A stretch of DNA of 63,340 bases, counting the filler, from Saprolegnia diclina VS20 (Eukaryota), in NCBI RefSeq assembly GCF_000281045.1. It is 5 parts of 2 records of this genome, joined end to end, with 100 filler letters (N's around TTAATTAATTAA, not from the genome) between each part and the next. Parts side by side here need not be neighbours in the genome. Positions count along the whole stretch, not along the records: positions 56,213 to 63,340 come from NW_008246201.1; 4 more parts are not named here. One strand, given 5' to 3'. Position 1 is the stretch's first letter. Each line of letters begins with the position of its first letter. This document shows, piece by piece, positions 61,384 through 63,340 of this stretch. The notes beneath the pieces are model-generated. The model was not told the origin of the DNA, did no database searches, and saw only the letters and a list, made by a program, of their open reading frames with translations. A program made the position numbers and the translations under genes.

Positions 61384-62325
61384 CTAGTAGTAGTTTGGCG
61401 GAAGGCAATGCGAGTAGTAGTCGTTGATCTTGACACAAACGTCGCAGTGTGAGCACGTGGTGCTGCCCGTGTAGGTTTTGCCGCCGCATTGCTGATACGT
61501 GTCGCGCGTGCTGTCGCTTGGACGACGCTTTGTGCACTGCGCGTAGCTCGACGAGTAGCCCGTGCACTCGTAGCCGCAGACACAGGGTACCGTTTTCGCA
61601 AACCCCGATCCGCCGCACTGCTTCCACGGTCCCGCCACGAGCCCCGGTGCGACGCCATTGCTCGGTGCAGGCGTCGGCGCGCCCGTTGGGACCACATTGT
61701 TGCTCGGTGCCGATGTCGGTGCCAAGGTCGGCGTCATGCTCGGACTCGAAGCTGGCGGAATCTCGATCGTGCTGCCGCTGAGCGGCACGCAGTTGATGTA
61801 CACTTGCCACGACGGTGTGTGCAGCGCGAGCCATAGCAGCCGAAGCTGCTTGGCGCCCGCGCACCGAGTCGTGTCGATCGAGAGAAGTCCACTTAGATGG
61901 TTGGCGGCGCAGTTGTCGTTCTGAAAGACACGCGTACTGTCGCACCAGACTTCGCAAGGGCCTTCGTGCGACGCGACAAAGCCCTCTTGGCCGTTGGCCC
62001 ACTTGAGGACGCTCGGAAGCGGCTGCGGCGCACCGTTGGCATTCGTGATCCCGCAAGTGCCACACGGCGCGAAGCTTGGGTCATCGACAAAGCTTGCCAG
62101 CGTCTGAAACTTGCTTGCTCGAAACTGCATTGTAAACTGCCGTGTGTTCCACGCCGGGTCTTGGTTGTAGCTGCTTCCGGGCAGCACGACGGGGCCATCG
62201 ATCGTGCCGCAGTATTTGGTGCGGTCGCCGTTGAGCTCGTTGAACGTTGGCGTCGGGTTGATGAGAAAGCCGTGGCCATTGACGAAAGGAAGCAATGTGG
62301 TTACGAAGGCGAGGATGGTACGCAT
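61384..62325 (-). CDS. Second AA17-like LPMO with two CBM1 domains (tandem paralogue)
   Basis: MRTILAFVTTLLPFVNG|HGFL, SHEGPCEVWCD, WLALHTPSWQVYINC, P/T/S linker, WKQCGG and YQQCGG CBM1 modules. Confidence 0.85.
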   Translation of the reverse strand: MRTILAFVTTLLPFVNGHGFLINPTPTFNELNGDRTKYCGTIDGPVVLPGSSYNQDPAWNTRQFTMQFRASKFQTLASFVDDPSFAPCGTCGITNANGAPQPLPSVLKWANGQEGFVASHEGPCEVWCDSTRVFQNDNCAANHLSGLLSIDTTRCAGAKQLRLLWLALHTPSWQVYINCVPLSGSTIEIPPASSPSMTPTLAPTSAPSNNVVPTGAPTPAPSNGVAPGLVAGPWKQCGGSGFAKTVPCVCGYECTGYSSSYAQCTKRRPSDSTRDTYQQCGGKTYTGSTTCSHCDVCVKINDYYSHCLPPNYY

Positions 62326-63340
62326 GACGGACGCACTGTTTGATGCGAACTGAAGTCAACTGAGCACCTTCCTACTAAGGCAACCGTCAACGCATCGAGA
62401 AGCCGACCGCGCGTTCCGCGGAAGGCGGCAAGTGTATGTCGGCGCCAGGCGGGAGATGCGAAGTAGCTCCCCCGCGATGCAACATGATGCGGAGATTTGC
62501 AAGATCGTCCATGTTGCGGCTTGGACCAAATGGGTCATATATGCTTCAATTAAGAAAATTATGAAAGCATCGAGGAGCTCCGTGATGGAGGAGTGCACCC
62601 AAGCCGATCGACACTTGAGTCCTCCAGAGTCGATGCGGCTCCGATGCGGCTCCGAAGGGCCGCATTTTTCTACCCCGCTGGACACCAGCTCAACCGCCTT
62701 CGAAATGCAGTGGCAAGCTCTTAACCGTCATGCTACGTTCTGCGCAAAGAAAGGTACATGGCGGGAAACGGCGGTGCAAATACTTGGTTTCGAGCAATAG
62801 CGGCTTCCCAGAAGACGATTGAGCCTCTGCAACGTACGCCACGTCGATCTCGGTCGCGATGCGCCAAAAATAAGAAAAAATAAGAAAAATACGTCAAATA
62901 AGCTACGAGCACAACTACATACAAATCTCGAGTCACAACTGGCCTCATCCAAGATCTATCGATCCAAATGGCGCCATCCAAATGTGGCCATTGCACGTGT
63001 CTCGCATTCCGTCCGTCGGGCTCGCCGAGGAGCTGGCGACAGGGTGCAAACCCGATCCAGCTGGCCATGCGGACGTGCGAAGCCCATTTTATTCAAATAC
63101 ACTTTTGACTCCAGTAGACAGCATCTTGATGTTGCACGGTTGTGCCAGTGGCGCTCGATCAGAGGCGCGCATCGAACGCTGTCGCTTGCCAAATCGAGCG
63201 TGCGCGAATCCAGTTGTCTTTTGTTACTACACCTGACGAAGCTAGCTGACGAGAACGACGACAGTGGACCACATTGCAGCCCCAGATTCACGCAGGACAT
63301 ATATGCAGGACCAGTACCGGCTTGTACCAGGTACCAGGCA

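Overview
Eukaryotic DNA, most consistent with a saprolegnialean oomycete (Saprolegnia-like). This is an inference from the GC-rich codons, 40-60 nt GT-AG introns, elicitin-like genes, AA17-type LPMOs and START-FYVE family. The window is stitched: four identical 100-nt spacers (44 N + TTAATTAATTAA + 44 N) separate contigs, so adjacency across them is not proven. Content in order: two GPI-type elicitin-like genes; a TTI2-like gene; RPL10A; three ankyrin-free TRP-like channel paralogues (the middle one has two in-frame stops); a Cys-repeat surface protein; a delta-9 desaturase; an S9B dipeptidyl peptidase; six START+FYVE genes (four in tandem); a SABATH carboxyl methyltransferase; an LRR gene; an internally deleted chromodomain-type Ty3/gypsy element with both LTRs and a 4-bp TSD; two 'WCM'-ending membrane proteins; a MITE-like element; a GH18 gene; a DUF4286-like gene; a HOL/TPMT-type methyltransferase; a protein built of three intron-delimited repeats; and two His1 LPMO (AA17-like) genes each with two CBM1 domains. 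All family calls are from motif recognition by eye; no database search was run.
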